Shown here: positions 1 to 15,164 of the stretch, in pieces
Layout of the letters: every line of letters starts with the position of its first letter
How positions within the stretch are numbered: the stretch's first letter is position 1
Assembly: GCA_951406725.2 (NCBI GenBank)
Contig: OX597836.1
Coordinates: forward strand, 42,160,001 to 42,224,000
Direction of reading: 5' to 3'
DNA from: Octopus vulgaris
Taxonomy: Eukaryota
DNA: 64,000 nt
Position numbers and translations under genes: made by a program
Notes under the pieces: model-generated
Told to the model about the DNA's origin: nothing
Databases searched by the model: none
Seen by the model: only the letters and a program-made list of their open reading frames with translations

Positions 1-39
1 TATATTTTGAATTTATATTGAGTGCTGTTAATACTTGGC

Positions 40-292
40 ATGTTCGTGCCGGTGGCACGTAAAACGCACCACCCGATCGTGGCCGTTTGCCAGCCTCGTC
101 TGGCACCTGTGCCGGTGGCACGTAAAAAGCACCCACTACGCTCATGGAGTGGTTGGCGTTAGGAAGGGCATCCAGCCATAGAAACATTGCCAGATCAGGC
201 TGGGCCTGGTGCAGCCTTCTGGCTTCCCAGACCGCAGTTGAACCGTCCAACCCATGCTAGCATGGAAAGCGGATGTTAAACGATGATGATGA
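40..292 (+). mobile_element. SINE/LINE-tail repeat ending in (GAT)n
   Basis: ...CCCATGCTAGCATGGAAAGCGGATGTTAAACGATGATGATGAT; other copies at ~9660, 23345, 29250, 31920. Confidence 0.65.
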
Positions 293-759
293 TTAATACT
301 ATTAAAGTATTTATATATTTAATATGAGTGATTATATACATTTTATAATATATTATTATTAATATCAGGAAATCGATATTAGAAAATTCTTCAGAAAGAT
401 ATGATAATAACTAACATGGTTACTGCTCAGAAATGGTCGATAAATGCTAAATAACAGGGGAAAAAAATTTGGTTACTTTATCTCGTGTACCTATTGAATG
501 AAGAATGCCTAAAAGAGACATACATTTACCGTATGTTTAATTCTTGGCCATTTTCAAAGGCCTGTCGGTGGAAACATATACAAGATACACTTGATTTGAT
601 CGGATATTTGAACTCTACAGAAAAAGGTAACCCCAAACACATAAGCTTGCCATGTTAGAAGAATAATAACTGTCTCAAGTTGATCTGAGCAACTCATTCG
701 GAAAAAGATGTAAAATTAATTGATGTTATAAAGGCCTACATTTTCAAAACTATCAAAGA

Positions 760-1115
760 CTAGCAGTATCGCCCGGCGTTGCTCGGGTTTGTAAGGGAAA
801 TAACTATAAAGCATTTTTAGAGTTATAGCCAAAAAATGGGAAAAAAATTATGGTAAATTTTTTTTAGTTAAAAAGGTCGAGTTGCGTCCCCTAGACAGTC
901 TGTGGTTTGTGTTTATGATTCTCGACCCCATGTCGAATTTATCGATTTTTTTCAGAACTGGGGGAACTTTTCAAAATTTTCTCTGCGTTAGTTTTGAATT
1001 ATGACATTGGGCTATGTGTGTGTCAAGTTTCATCAGAATCGGTTGAAAGCCGTGGTGAGGGTGAGGGTACAACCTAACAGACACACAGACAAACTGCCGT
1101 TTATATATAGAGAGA
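760..1115 (-). mobile_element. Non-autonomous Helitron (~356 bp), copy 1
   Basis: Minus strand starts TC, ends with hairpin CCCGAGCAACGCCGGG plus CTAG; inserted between A and T with no TSD. Confidence 0.88.
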
Positions 1116-1298
1116 TATTGATCTAATACTTGACATGATGGGAAAATATTCATACTATCCCAAACACATGGCTTCAAAGTTGTGCTTGCCATACTAGAAG
1201 AATAATAACTGTCTCAAGTTGATCTGAGCAACTCATTCGGAAAAAGATGTAAAATTAATTGATGTTATAAAGGCCTACATTTTCAAAACTATCAAAGA

Positions 1299-1655
1299 CT
1301 AGCAGTATCGCCCGGCGTTGCTCGGGTTTGTAAGGGAAAAACTATAAAGCATTTTTAGAGAGTTATAGCCAAAAAATGGGAAAAAAATTATGGTAAATTT
1401 TTTTTTAGTTAAAAAGGTCGAGTTGCGTCCCCTAGACAGTCTGTGGTTTGTGTTTATGATTCTCGACCCCATGTCGAATTTATCGATTTTTTCAGAACTG
1501 GGGGAACTTTTCAAAATTTTCTCTGCGTTAGTTTTGAATTATGACATTGGGCTATGTGTGTGTCAAGTTTCATCAGAATCGGTTGAAAGCCGTGGTCAGG
1601 GTGAGGGTACAACCTAACAGACACACAGACAAACTGCCGTTTATATATAGAGAGA
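1299..1655 (-). mobile_element. Non-autonomous Helitron, copy 2
   Basis: Same element at the same AAAGA|TATTG site of the satellite unit. Confidence 0.88.
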
Positions 1656-4034
1656 TATTGATCTAATACTTGACATGATGGGAAAATATTCATACTATCC
1701 CAAACAGATGGCTTCAAAGTTGTGCTTGCCATACTAGAAGAATAATAACTGTCTCAAGTTGATCTGAGCAGCTCATTCGGAAAAAGATGTAAAATTAATT
1801 GATGTTATAAAGGCCTACATTTTCAAAACTATCAAAGATATTGATCTAATACTTGACATGATGGGAAAATATTCATACTATCCCAAACACATGGCTTCAA
1901 AGTTGTGCTTGCCATACTAGAAGAATAATAAATGTCTCAAGTTGATCTGAGCAACTCATTCGGAAAAAGATATAAAATTAATTGATGTTATAAAGGCCTA
2001 CATTTTCAAAACTATCAAAGATATTGATCTAATACTTGACATGATGGGAAAATATTCATACTATCCCAAACACATGGCTTCAAAGTTGTGCTCTCCATAC
2101 TAGAAGAATAATAAATGTCTCAAGTTGATCTGAGCAACTCATTCGGAAAAAGATGTAAAATTAATTGATGTTATAAAGGCCTACATTTTCAAAACTATCA
2201 AAGATATTGATCTAATACTTGACATGATGGGAAAATATTCATACTATCCCAAACACATGGCTTCAAAGTTGTGCTTGCCATACTAGAAGAATAATAACTG
2301 TCTCAAGTTGATCTGAGCAACTCATTCGGAAAAAGATGTAAAATTAATTGATGTTATAAAGGCCTACATTTTCAAAACTATCAAAGATATTGATCTAATA
2401 CTTGACATGATGGGAAAATATTCATACTATCCCAAACACATGGCTTCAAAGTTGTGCTTGCCATACTAGAAGAATAATAAATGTCTCAAGTTGATCTGAG
2501 CAACTCATTCGGAAAAAGATGTAAAATTAATTGATGTTATAAAGGCCTACATTTTCAAAACTATCAAAGATATTGATCTAATACTTGACATGATGGGAAA
2601 ATATTCATACTATCCCAAACACATGGCTTCAAAGTTGTGCTTGCCATGTTAGAAGAATAATAACTGTCTCAAGTTGATCTGAGCAACTCATTCGGAAAAA
2701 GATGTAAAATTAATTGATGTTATAAAGGCCTACATTTTCAAAACTATCAAAGATATTGATCTAATACTTGACATGATGGGAAAATATTCATACTATCCCA
2801 AACAGATGGCTTCAAAGTTGTGCTTGCCATGTTAGAAGAATAATAACTGTCTCAAGTTGATCTGAGCAACTCATTCGGAAAAAGATGTAAAATTAATTGA
2901 TGTTATAAAGGCCTACATTTTCAAAACTATCAAAGATATTGATCTAATACTTGACATGATGGGAAAATATTCATACTATCCCAAACACATGGCTTCAAAG
3001 TTGTGCTTGCCATGTTAGAAGAATAATAACTGTCTCAAGTTGATCTGAGCAACTCATTCGGAAAAAGATGTAAAATTAATTGATGTTATAAAGGCCTACA
3101 TTTTCAAAACTATCAAAGATATTGATCTAATACTTGACATGATGGGAAAATATTCATACTATCCCAAACACATGGCTTCAAAGTTGTGCTTGCCATACTA
3201 GAATAATAATAACTGTCTCAAGTTGATCTGAGCAACTCATTCGGAAAAAGATGTAAAATTAATTGATGTTATAAAGGCCTACATTTTCAAAACTATCAAA
3301 GATATTGATCTAATACTTGACATGATGGGAAAATATTCATACTATCCCAAACACATGGCTTCAAAGTTGTGCTTGCCATGTTAGAAGAATAATAACTGTC
3401 TCAAGTTGATCTGAGCAACTCATTCGGAAAAAGATGTAAAATTAATTGATGTTATAAAGGCCTACATTTTCAAAACTATCAAAGATATTGATCTAATACT
3501 TGACATGATGGGAAAATATTCATACTATCCCAAACACATGGCTTCAAAGTTGTGCTTGCCATACTAGAAGAATAATAAATGTCTCAAGTTGATCTGAGCA
3601 ACTCATTCGGAAAAAGATGTAAAATTAATTGATGTTATAAAGGCCTACATTTTCAAAACTATCAAAGATATTGATCTAATACTTGACATGATGGGAAAAT
3701 ATTCATACTATCCCAAACAGATGGCTTCAAAGTTGTGCTTGCCATGTTAGAAGAATAATAACTGTCTCAAGTTGATCTGAGCAACTCATTCGGAAAAAGA
3801 TGTAAAATTAATTGATGTTATAAAGGCCTACATTTTCAAAACTATCAAAGATATTGATCTAATACTTGACATGATGGGAAAATATTCATACTATCCCAAA
3901 CAGATGGCTTCAAAGTTGTGCTTGCCATGTTAGAAGAATAATAACTGACTCAAGTTGATCTGAGCAACTCATTCGGAAAAAGATGTAAAATTAATTGATG
4001 TTATAAAGGCCTACATTTTCAAAACTATCAAAGA

Positions 4035-4393
4035 CTAGCAGTATCGCCCGGCGTTGCTCGGGTTTGTAAGGGAAAAAACTATAAAGCATTTTTAGAGAGT
4101 TATAGCCAAAATATGGGAAAAAAATTATGGTAAATTTTTTTTTAGTTAAAAAGGTCGAGTTGCGTCCCCTAGACAGTCTGTGGTTTGTGTTTATGATTCT
4201 CGACCCCATGTCGAATTTATCGATTTTTTTCAGAACTGGGGGAACTTTTCAAAATTTTCTCTGCGTTAGTTTTGAATTATGACATTGGGCTATGTGTGTG
4301 TCAAGTTTCATCAGAATCGGTTGAAAGCCGTGGTGAGGGTGAGGGTACAACCTAACAGACACACAGACAAACTGCCGTTTATATATAGAGAGA
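4035..4393 (-). mobile_element. Non-autonomous Helitron, copy 3
   Basis: Same element at the same site. Confidence 0.88.
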
Positions 4394-5479
4394 TATTGAT
4401 CTAATACTTGACATGATGGGAAAATATTCATACTATCCCAAACACATGGCTTCAAAGTTGTGCTTGCCATACTAGAAGAATAATAACTGTCTCAAGTTGA
4501 TCTGAGCAACTCATTCGGAAAAAGATGTAAAATTAATTGATGTTATAAAGGCCTACATTTTCAAAACTATCAAAGATATTGATCTAATACTTGACATGAT
4601 GGGAAAATATTCATACTATCCCAAACACATGGCTTCAAAGTTGTGCTTGCCATGTTAGAAGAATAATAAATGTCTCAAGTTGATCTGAGCAACTCATTCG
4701 GAAAAAGATGTAAAATTAATTGATGTTATAAAGGCCTACATTTTCAAAACTATCAAAGATATTGATCTATTACTTGACATGATGGGAAAATATTCATACT
4801 ATCCCAAACACATGGCTTCAAAGTTGTGCTTGCCATGTTAGAAGAATAATAACTGTCTCAAGTTGATCTGAGCAACTCATTCGGAAAAGATGTAAAATTA
4901 ATTGATGTTATAAAGGCCTACATTTTCAAAACTATCAAAGATATTGATCTAATACTTGACATGATGGGAAAATATTCATACTATCCCAAACACATGGCTT
5001 CAAAGTTGTGCTTGCCATACTAGAAGAATAATAACTGTCTCAAGCTGATCTGAGAGACTCGTTCGGGAAAAGATGTAAAATTAATTAATATCATAAAGGC
5101 CTAAAATTTCAAAACTATCAAGGATATTGACTTAATACCTGATATTTTCCCATCATATAGGTACAGGAGCTAGTATGAAATTTTTCAGGGGGATCTGTGG
5201 GAGTGACCTGTGAACCCCTGGGTGATTTGACAGTGTCTGTGTTTCTGGGCTGACCAAAGCCTTGTGAGGCAATTTGGTTGATGGAAAATGAAAGAAACCC
5301 GTTGTATATGTACATATACCTATGTGTCTGTATCTTTGTGTGTCGGTTTCCCACCAACACTTGAAAACCAGTGTTGGTGTGTTTATGTCCCTGTAACTTA
5401 GCCGTTGGATTCGGCTTGGCTGCTACGGCTGGATGCTCTTCCTAACGCCAACACTTTACAGTGTGTGCTGGGTGCCTTT

Positions 5480-5905
5480 AATGTGGCACTGGCCCAGGGT
5501 CCTTCCAGGCCACTCCTTTTCAATAGGGGAGGCAATATCAATACTTCTGCTGTGGAGTATGGATCTTCTTGTGTATGGCAAAGCACCAGATGTTTTGGTC
5601 CTTTGTCATCTCTTCCACGAGGTTTAGTGTCCCGAGGCCATCCTTCAGTATTTCGTCCCATGTCTTCCTGAATCTTCCTCTTCCATGAGTTCCATCCACT
5701 TTCAATTATTGGCACTTCTTTATGGAACTGTTAGCATCCATCCTCATCACATGACCAAACCAGTGCAGTCTTCTCTCCTGCACGCTGCATCTAATGTCTC
5801 TAAAGCCAATTTTTTTTCTCAGCACACTAGCACTCTGTTGCACATGTACACTTAAATTGCACATGCAGCAGAGCATACTAACCTCATTCCTCTCTAACCT
5901 CTGAA
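5480..5905 (-). mobile_element. RTE-clade LINE 3' fragment
   Basis: ERNEVSMLCCMC...ERRLHWFGHVMRMD. Confidence 0.75.
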
Positions 5906-6227
5906 TGCAGAGGATTATAAAGAAATACATAAATATGTATATATGTTCATACATATGGATGTGTGCATGCATGTATGAATATATGTATAGAATGTTAATA
6001 AAATATAAAAAAAATGGCACTTCATGCTTTATAAAACATACACGTATTTTGGAAAATTACTGCTAGTATTACATAATTGCTTTTAGAAACATTATATAAT
6101 CTCGTAAACACTTCTTCAGTATTTAACAAAATATACAAAGAATGGTGCTAAATGCTCAATATTCCTGTTAAGCATATTATCTACATCAGTGGGATGACAA
6201 AATCTACACACCATCGTCATATCATAC

Positions 6228-6384
6228 CTGGTAAATCTGTCAATGATACACCATATGCTATATTCATAAAAGCTTGTTCTTCTTCATTGCCAAATAACAG
6301 GGAGTTTTGTAGACATGCTTGGAAAAACTGTCTTGAATCTCTAGGGTGACATAGCATCAGTATATCTGAGGCTTTTAATGTTAT
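6228..6384 (-). CDS. Copy A exon 3 (gene presumably continues beyond the window start)
   Basis: Same exon and splice sites as 37928-38084. Confidence 0.85.
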
Positions 6385-7046
6385 CTAAAAGACAAAGACA
6401 GTAACATGTGTTAATATTTTGTCTGTAGAAATAATGTGGTGAGCTGGCAGAACCATTAGCACACTAAACAGAATGCTTGGTGTCATTTTGTCTGTCTTCG
6501 TGTTCTGAGTTCAAATCAATTTTCCTCTTCCCAGAAATTGCTGACCTTGTGCCAAAATATGAAATTTTTTTTTTTCTGAAAAATATTAATGATTTCAAAT
6601 CTTTACTGCCCCAAAGAGTAATAATAATAATAATATTCCTTTCCACTAAAGGCTTGAAATTTCGGGGAAGGAGCTTGATCGATTACATCGACCCAGTGTT
6701 TCACTGGTACTTAATTTATTGACCCTGAAAGGATGAAAAGCAAAGTCGACCTCAGTGGAATTTGAACTCAGAATGTAAAGACGGATGAAATGTCGCTAAG
6801 CATTTTGTCCAGCATGCTAACGCTTCTGCCAGCTTACTCCTTTATAAAATTAATTATAATAATAACTAGCAGGACCCATGAATACTTCACAGAATTAATA
6901 GTAAACCTATTGGGTTATTCCTGAAAACTTTATCTCAAAAGCCTGAAAGTGTATCCTGTGTTGTGTCTGAGGATAGTCACTCATCTACTATTCACTGAAA
7001 AGTGAAGGAAATTGGAATACAATGATTACTTAATGCACTTTATATA

Positions 7047-7084
<38 letters not shown>

Positions 7085-7099
7085 GTTTGTGTGTATATG

Positions 7100-7153
<54 letters not shown>

Positions 7154-7451
7154 TTTATAGACTCACTACACAGCAGTCATAAAATAAATATTCACTCATA
7201 TTTTCCCATTTCCCCCATAAAGAAGAAAAATTACGTTTTAAAATTTACATGGTTACAATTTCATATCTAGAAATTTTAAAGTAAAAAAAATTATATGTAA
7301 AATAGTAAAATAGTTATACCATACTACTCTCTAAGGTTGTCTTTCGGTTAGTCCCTGCTTCAATGGAATTGGTGATTCCACCACTATACAACTATTAATA
7401 TTGCTGCTGCTACTACAACAAGTATAACAACAACTACCCCTACAGCTGTTG

Positions 7452-7520
<69 letters not shown>

Positions 7521-7906
7521 ATACTAATACTACTGCCACACACCATAGTTTGGTGCCTTACTAGCGATGATAAGTACAATGTAATACAGTGGATTGTGTA
7601 TCTTGGATCATACTGAGTCTCGGATCAACTAACCAAATGATGTCGGATACGTGATATACTGAGTCTGACTCAGATCTGAACAGACAGAAAGTAGGATAGA
7701 CTGAAACTGTCAAAGAGGCTGAATTTGATGAACTACAGTGAGTCTGACCTAATATATTCTGAGTGACACTTAGTCCAAGGTAGCTGGAGTGCAGATTAAG
7801 ATGTAACAGAAAAAACCCCAAATAAGATGTAATACAAGACAGAATAAGATGTAACCAAAAAGAATTTGTAAGAAGGGGCAGAAGAGACACTAAGCTGAGC
7901 TTACAG

Positions 7907-8161
7907 CAGGGTTTCTCAACCGTTTTTTACCTATCGACCCCTTTGATTGCTATTCCACTCTATTGGACCATCCTAGACATTCGATGTTTAAAAAAATCAC
8001 ATATTTTTGTAATTAAATATTATAAATAATTGTATTAAAAAATTATTGAAATATTTTGTGTATTGTCGAAGTATAACCAATTTCTTGCTGATATGTTTTA
8101 ACAACAGCAGACTCTTATATGGACCCCCATGGGCCATATGGCTCTCAATTGAGAACCAATG
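7907..8161. mobile_element. hAT-like MITE
   Basis: CAGGGTTTCTCAA ... TTGAGAACCAATG imperfect TIRs. Confidence 0.5.
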
Positions 8162-8268
8162 ATAAAGATGTCGGAAGATATAACACAGGTTAAACGAAAA
8201 TGCGACATATGAAAGACTGACTTACAACACAAGATACAAGACACGTTGTTAAGGACAAAATATCTTAC

Positions 8269-9294
8269 CTCATAATAAACTCCATATGTCCTACCATCTG
8301 AGGGTGCATCAATCCCTTTCTTCATCAGAAACGAAATATTTTCCCAGTTGTTGTTCATTATTCCAAGTGCTTCATATATGAGGCCTTTATCATAAATATC
8401 TTGAGCCTTCATCAGACTTTTCCCAATAATGTTTGTATATTTGAGCTTTACCAAATCATTGCTGTGTACATTGTCAATCTGTTGTTTAGTAATTGCACGT
8501 ATTAATTCTTGTACTTGGAAATTCTGTAATTCTAAATCTGAACTGATCAAACCTTGTTCGACAAGTGGCATCAAAACATGCATCTTGGAAGCTGGTTGAC
8601 TAGAAGAACCAGTCATTTCAACAGCTTCCTCAATACCAAATCTTCCAGGAAAATATGAAAGTACTTTGATAGCTTCTTGCTGTTTGTGAGAGAGTTGAGA
8701 AAAGTACTTGTCCATTTCTTGCTTAATATTACGTCTGTTAATTGTACATTCGTCCAGCCAGTCATTGAGCTTGGTTTCATCACAAATCATTTTGTAGATA
8801 TCATTAAAAGAGAAATTATGGCGAAACTGGGAGAATTTTTCTGCAAAGTAAATAAGAAGTCCTGGCAAGCCACAGGCATATCTGATGATGTTGTGTATTT
8901 GTTCTTTGTTCTCATCATCCGTCTCAATGTCTGAACAGCGACCGAAAAGATGCTGTCCGTCTTTAATGGACAATGGACTCACTTTACACTTTCCAAAGCT
9001 GATTCCATCAAACTGAAATGGTTTTCCACCACTAAATATGAGAATGATTTTTAGATTTGGGTGCAGTGGAAAGTCATTGTCACAAAGCTCCTGGAAACCT
9101 GGAAGGAAGCTTTCTTGAATGTTCTGGAAATCATCAAAAATACAAATTTTCCATTTCGTGTTGGTGATAGTGGAACAATTGGTGAATGTATTGTACATGT
9201 TGGAAATATCAGACCAACTGCTATTATTAGAAATATGGATGTGTTTTATGTGGAGTCTTTCGGGGTTGATTTCATCCTTCAATTCTTGACAGAC
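8269..9294 (-). CDS. Copy A exon 2 (1026 nt NB-ARC core)
   Basis: Overlaps ORF 8098..9282; ~17/342 aa differences from copy B; same splice sites. Confidence 0.92.
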
Positions 9295-10258
9295 CTGTCA
9301 TATTAGAAACATAACATTAGAACAAGTTCAAAGATTTCCATAGATTCACTTATCAATTTATTGGTCTCTCACTTTGTCTCTTTCTCTGTCTGACTTTATA
9401 ATTCTCTCTCAATAACTGTCTCTTTGTCTATTCTTTTGTCTATGCATTAGTTCAGGGTATCCTTTATATTCCTTCATATTCATCTTACAGTTTGTCTAAG
9501 TATCTTTCTGGATAACAGTTTGTCACTTTGCCATTCAATCTCTTTAATTATTTTTCTATTAATTACACAGTTGCTTTATCTCTTTTACTATCCATCTCTT
9601 ATTTCATCTACCTCTCTCTCTCACTCTCTGTCTATCAATTAATTATTCTTATGCTTGCAGTGGTTGGTGTTAGGAGGGGCACCCATCTGTAGAAACCCTG
9701 TCAAATTAGATTGGAACCTGGTGCAGCTCCCCAGCTTACCAGTTTTCAGTTAAACTGTCCAACCCATGCCAGCATGGAAAACAGACACACATGGAAACAG
9801 ACACACACAAACACGCATATACACATCTGCCTGCCTACCTACCTACCTACCTACCTACCTACCTACCTAACTGCCTACTTACCTACCTACCTGCCTACCT
9901 ACCTATCTACCTACCTACCCACCCACTCACTTACATACATAATATATAATGCAGTCCAACCTCTCTCAAACTGCCCATCAACTTCATAACATAGGACAGG
10001 ATACATTAAATAATATAATCTTTGCTATAGACAGAATGGTTACAGGAGAAATACCTTTGATCATAGGACAACCATCAACTCACTAAACGGTACAGAGACT
10101 TCAGTGACTGCCATTGTATGGGATTGAACCAGAAATGCTTTTCTCTTTAGTCAGTAACTTAACTGTAAAACCTCAATGATCCCTAATAACCTACAGAAAG
10201 GCAAAATGCAATATGGTTAACGTAAAAAGAAAAGAGAAAACAATAGTAAATTTCTTAC

Positions 10259-10490
10259 AGTTTTCACAAGACTTGTTTTGCCAACATAAGGCAGTCCATA
10301 AACTTGTATTATTTGAGTATCTTCATCCTTGATCAAGATCTTCAGTTCTTCCCTCTCATCATGTCGTCCAACAAAGTGTCTGCCAGAATTGCCTTGATGT
10401 CTCATGTAATTGGGGGTAATCGATATGGTGTTGCCATACTGATAATTTAGAAATTTCTTTCGTCTTTCTGAATTTTCAAAAGCTGGAATT
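10259..10490 (-). CDS. Copy A coding exon 1 (P-loop) of the NLR-like gene
   Basis: RHFVGRHDEREELK...YGLPYVGKTSLVKT|gtaag; near-identical to 41516-41749. Confidence 0.85.
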
Positions 10491-10789
10491 CTGGTGAAGA
10501 TAAACAGAAGAGATAATTGTTGTATCATGGGATAAAGTGGAACCCTCAACTATGCATGATGCTTAGAAAAAATAAAATTTTATAAATTTTCTACAAGAAC
10601 AAAGTCTACATCAAACTTAGGTGATGGGACACTTGCAAATGATGGAGGGTTCGAAGAAGTCGTAGAGGATTCTGCTGTTGAATTGCTCGTGTCCCAGATA
10701 GATTGTTAATTAATCAAGGAACTGATTTTGTTAGATCAAGAGTAAAATGAGTAATGGTCGTGCCGGATATCTTGGAAGTTTCAGATTAG

Positions 10790-12706
10790 TATGAATGGAA
10801 ATAAAAATAAGAGCTTGTTTAGGTTATCTCTTTAGATTTTCAGGAGAAAATTGTAACCAGCAGTGGTTTGTTATGGTGTTTTGTATCCGAAGCAAATGAG
10901 TGCTGGCTATAATTTCTTTAGGAAATCTTTAGAGATGACTTTAACATGTGATTTAAAAGCACTGCTAACACCGGAAAACTCAGTATTGTCTTATAAAAGT
11001 ATTTAAGTGGAACTGGTCAGACAAGTACCAAGAAGCTTTGGAAGAAATTTCTTAAAGTCAGAATTCTCATTATCACATTTTGACCCGAATTTACAAACGG
11101 TAGTGGCATCAGACACTAGTGAAAATGGTATTTGGAGCTGTGAATTTACACAATTATGAAGATGCTAGCATGAAAGCTGTAGCTCATGCATTCCTTATTT
11201 CTGGCTGAGAAAATTTACAGTGAAATAGAGAAGGAAGAATTGGCCATCATATTTGTGGTAAAGAAATTCCATGAATTTATCCTTGAAAGACAATTCTGCT
11301 TGCAGACAGACTACCACCCATTATTATCAATCTATGGGTAAAAAATTGTATTCCCACACATACAGCCAACAGAATGCAATGCTGGGGAATGATCTTAGGG
11401 AATCATGACTTAAAAATGGAGTATTTGCCATCTAAAAAATAGGTACATGCAGAAATGTTGAGGTTTAATACTAAAATATAGTGAAGCACAAGGAGACACA
11501 GTGATAGGGGCGTTAAGAGCAGAAAATGGAATAAAAGGTTTATTGTGCAATGTTGTGCATGAATTACCTATCATATTGGATGAAATAAAAATTAAGGCGG
11601 AGATGGATGAGTTTATTATGAAAATGAAAAAATAGAGAGATCAGAAGAAACAAATGAAACATGTGTTTTGTTGGATGAAACACAGTTTTGAACTTGTGTT
11701 TGATATGTGATAATGTGCTTATGTATGCACAGATGATCGTAGTGCCTGCCTCATTACAAGATCAAATGTTAAAGGAATTCCACACTAGACATTCAGGAAT
11801 TTCTAGAATGAAGTCACTTAGTAGTAGTTATCTGTACTGGCCAAAAGTAGATCTAGATATCGAGAAGCTGGTAAAATCCTGCAGAGGCTGTGCTCTTGCA
11901 GCAAAGTCACCACCTTCAAAATTTCGATCTTTGCCCAAGACTGATTTTCCATGGACCAGGCTACACCATAAATTTAGCAGGACCATTAAATGGATCTTAT
12001 TATCTAATAGGAGTATATAGTTTTACAAAATGGCCAGAAATGTATAAATGTAGAAAACTGATCTCCACTGTAGTAACAGTGCATTTACTACACGAACTTT
12101 TTGCAAAGTATGGTGTTCCGGACACCATAATCTCCTGATAACGGTAAACAATTTATTGCAAGTGAATTTAAGAGATTTTGCAAGATACTCTCAATTAAAC
12201 ATATCACTACTTCTCTGGGTTACCCAAGATCGAACAGATAAGCTGAGGAAATCCAGAAATGAGGTAGTGGATGATGTAACATTGCAATTATCCCTGAGAG
12301 TTTACTGTGTAACACAAAACGCAAATACCGCTTCAAAAAAAACATAAGAAATTGCTAGAAGTAGTTCCAAAACGGAAAACTTTTATGGTTCCAAGGGAAG
12401 TCAGTCTCAAAATGGGACGTGGAAGGTTGTGAATTATTTCAAATACAAGTATGATAAATTGAAACAAAAAATTCTTTTAGTATTGAAATAAGAAGGAAAA
12501 TTAGTGAAGGTTAGAGGAAAAAGGCTGCGTGGAGCTGTTGTTATTTGTATTGTGAGAATAGTTTTAGTGATTGATGTTTGCAGGTAGAAATTGTACTGCT
12601 GCATTCATTACGGCAACCCTGGTTGACTACCATGAAATATAAAAAGCAATTTTTCCAATTCATCATACTTCGATGACAAAAATAATCCAAAACCTTCTGT
12701 CTCAAC
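10790..12706 (+). mobile_element. Degenerate Ty3/Gypsy LTR retrotransposon remnant (RNase H, integrase, 3' LTR)
   Basis: [17 protein letters not shown], integrase zinc finger H..H.G...CRGC, YGVPDTIIS; frameshifts; purine tract followed by a TG...CA LTR. Confidence 0.85.
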
Positions 12707-12832
12707 AAACCACTACTGTTCCTGAAAGTTGTTTTTCTATTTACTACGCATTACTTGAAGCTAACTTTTCTTCCTAAACCTCAATCCTTAGATCTTATAT
12801 CTATATCTAGATCTATATCTATATCTATCTAC

Positions 12833-12920
<88 letters not shown>

Positions 12921-12990
12921 ATAAGATATATATATATGTGTGTGTGTGTGTGTATGCATATATATATATATATGTGTGTGTGTGTGTATA

Positions 12991-13769
<779 letters not shown>

Positions 13770-14927
13770 CACACACACACACATATATATGTATGTATGG
13801 GTGTGTGTGGATGTGTGGGTGTGTATGTGCGTGCCCCCTCCCCTCATCACCATTTGACAACCGGTGCTGGTGTGTTTACATCTCCAGAACTTAGTGATTT
13901 AGCAAAAGAGGTTGACAGAATAAGCAGTATGCTTAAGAAATAAGTCTCGGGGTCGTTTTGTTTGACTAAAACCCTAAAACCCTTCAAACTAGTGCTCCGG
14001 CATGGCCGCAATCAAATGACAGAAACAAAGAATAAAGGTAAAAGGGACCCCTTTAATTATTATTTTATTCTGGTGGACCCCACTCCAACCGCCACTCAAT
14101 GTTTAATAACTAATTTTATAGATACTTCTTCCAAAAGTCCTATTTTGTTTGTCACACATTAACTTGTGTAGTTTGACCCATGTAAAACGTCAGGGAAAGA
14201 AATTTAGCTGTTTCTTACAAGAAATACACTTGAAACAGAATATTTTTCATTGATCCTTAAAACACTTCTGTGATTCCCCAGTTTACTATTTTTCTTGTGT
14301 GGACTCCCCAAAAAGCTTATAGAGCCTCTCCCAACTTCCCCGGGAGTCATATATACAGCATGGCTGAGAACCACTGTTCCAGAAAGCCTTCAAGGCATTT
14401 CAGAGAATCATGTTTCCCCTCTCATGTGTCCATAGACTTTATAACTTCTGTGCATCTTCCACAGAGAAACACTACTTTCATGGCGGGGATCTTTTATTAT
14501 TTTGTTAGTCATGATCAAGTTTCTTGTCGTTCACATTCCCTTCAAAAAACAGTTTATTGTGTTGTTTAAAGATAAGCGTTTACTCTGTTGTCAATACGAC
14601 TATTATTAATTGTGCAGTTTGTCTGAGTGGCTTTGTTTGGTAAGGTGACATATTTTTTTCGGCAAATGTAGGTTGCTGACGTAATTGTTTCTCGTAAGTA
14701 TGTATGGGTGTGTGTGCCTGTACGTATGTATGTGTGGATTACGAACATATGTATGCTTGCATGTGGGTGTTCATAGTTGTATGTGCTTGTGTATGTGTGT
14801 TAGCGTGAGTATATGTGTGTATTATCATTGAAAATGGGGATGAAATTACACTCAGCTGGAATTACAACACAGGTTAAAAAATAAGAGATATGAGGTATCT
14901 GTATACTTGCACAATTGTGCAAACGGT

Positions 14928-15006
<79 letters not shown>

Positions 15007-15164
15007 CAGAAAGACAGACAGACGGACAATCAGAGACAGACAGACAGAGACAGAGAAAAGGAGACAGCGATATTTATCACGGCCTTACACGAGTGTAAAG
15101 TATTATTACCCAAAAATGAATTCTAGATAATTTTTCATTCTGAGTTTTATGACATAATCACGGC

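Larger units (their letters stand above)
640..5140 (+). repeat. 183-bp tandem satellite (~18 full units plus partial ends) in intron 3 of copy A
   Basis: Unit GATATTGATCTAATACTTGAC...CAAAACTATCAAA recurs at 1837, 2020, 2203, 2386 and onward; near-identical units. Confidence 0.95.

Noticed and set aside
1837-4030. 183 bp = 61 codons, so a possible repeat protein or Dscam-like alternative exon array
   Set aside because: The most protein-like plus frame has two stops per unit. The only minus-strand AG...GT candidate is 38 nt (frameshifting), and its AG is lost in many units.
640-5140. CRISPR-like array
   Set aside because: Units are contiguous near-identical 183-mers with no unique spacers; eukaryotic context and no cas genes.
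14270-14569. ORF conserved with 46608-46898, possible upstream exon
   Set aside because: Conservation is explained by the recent duplication; all three minus-strand frames have stops and there is no recognisable domain.
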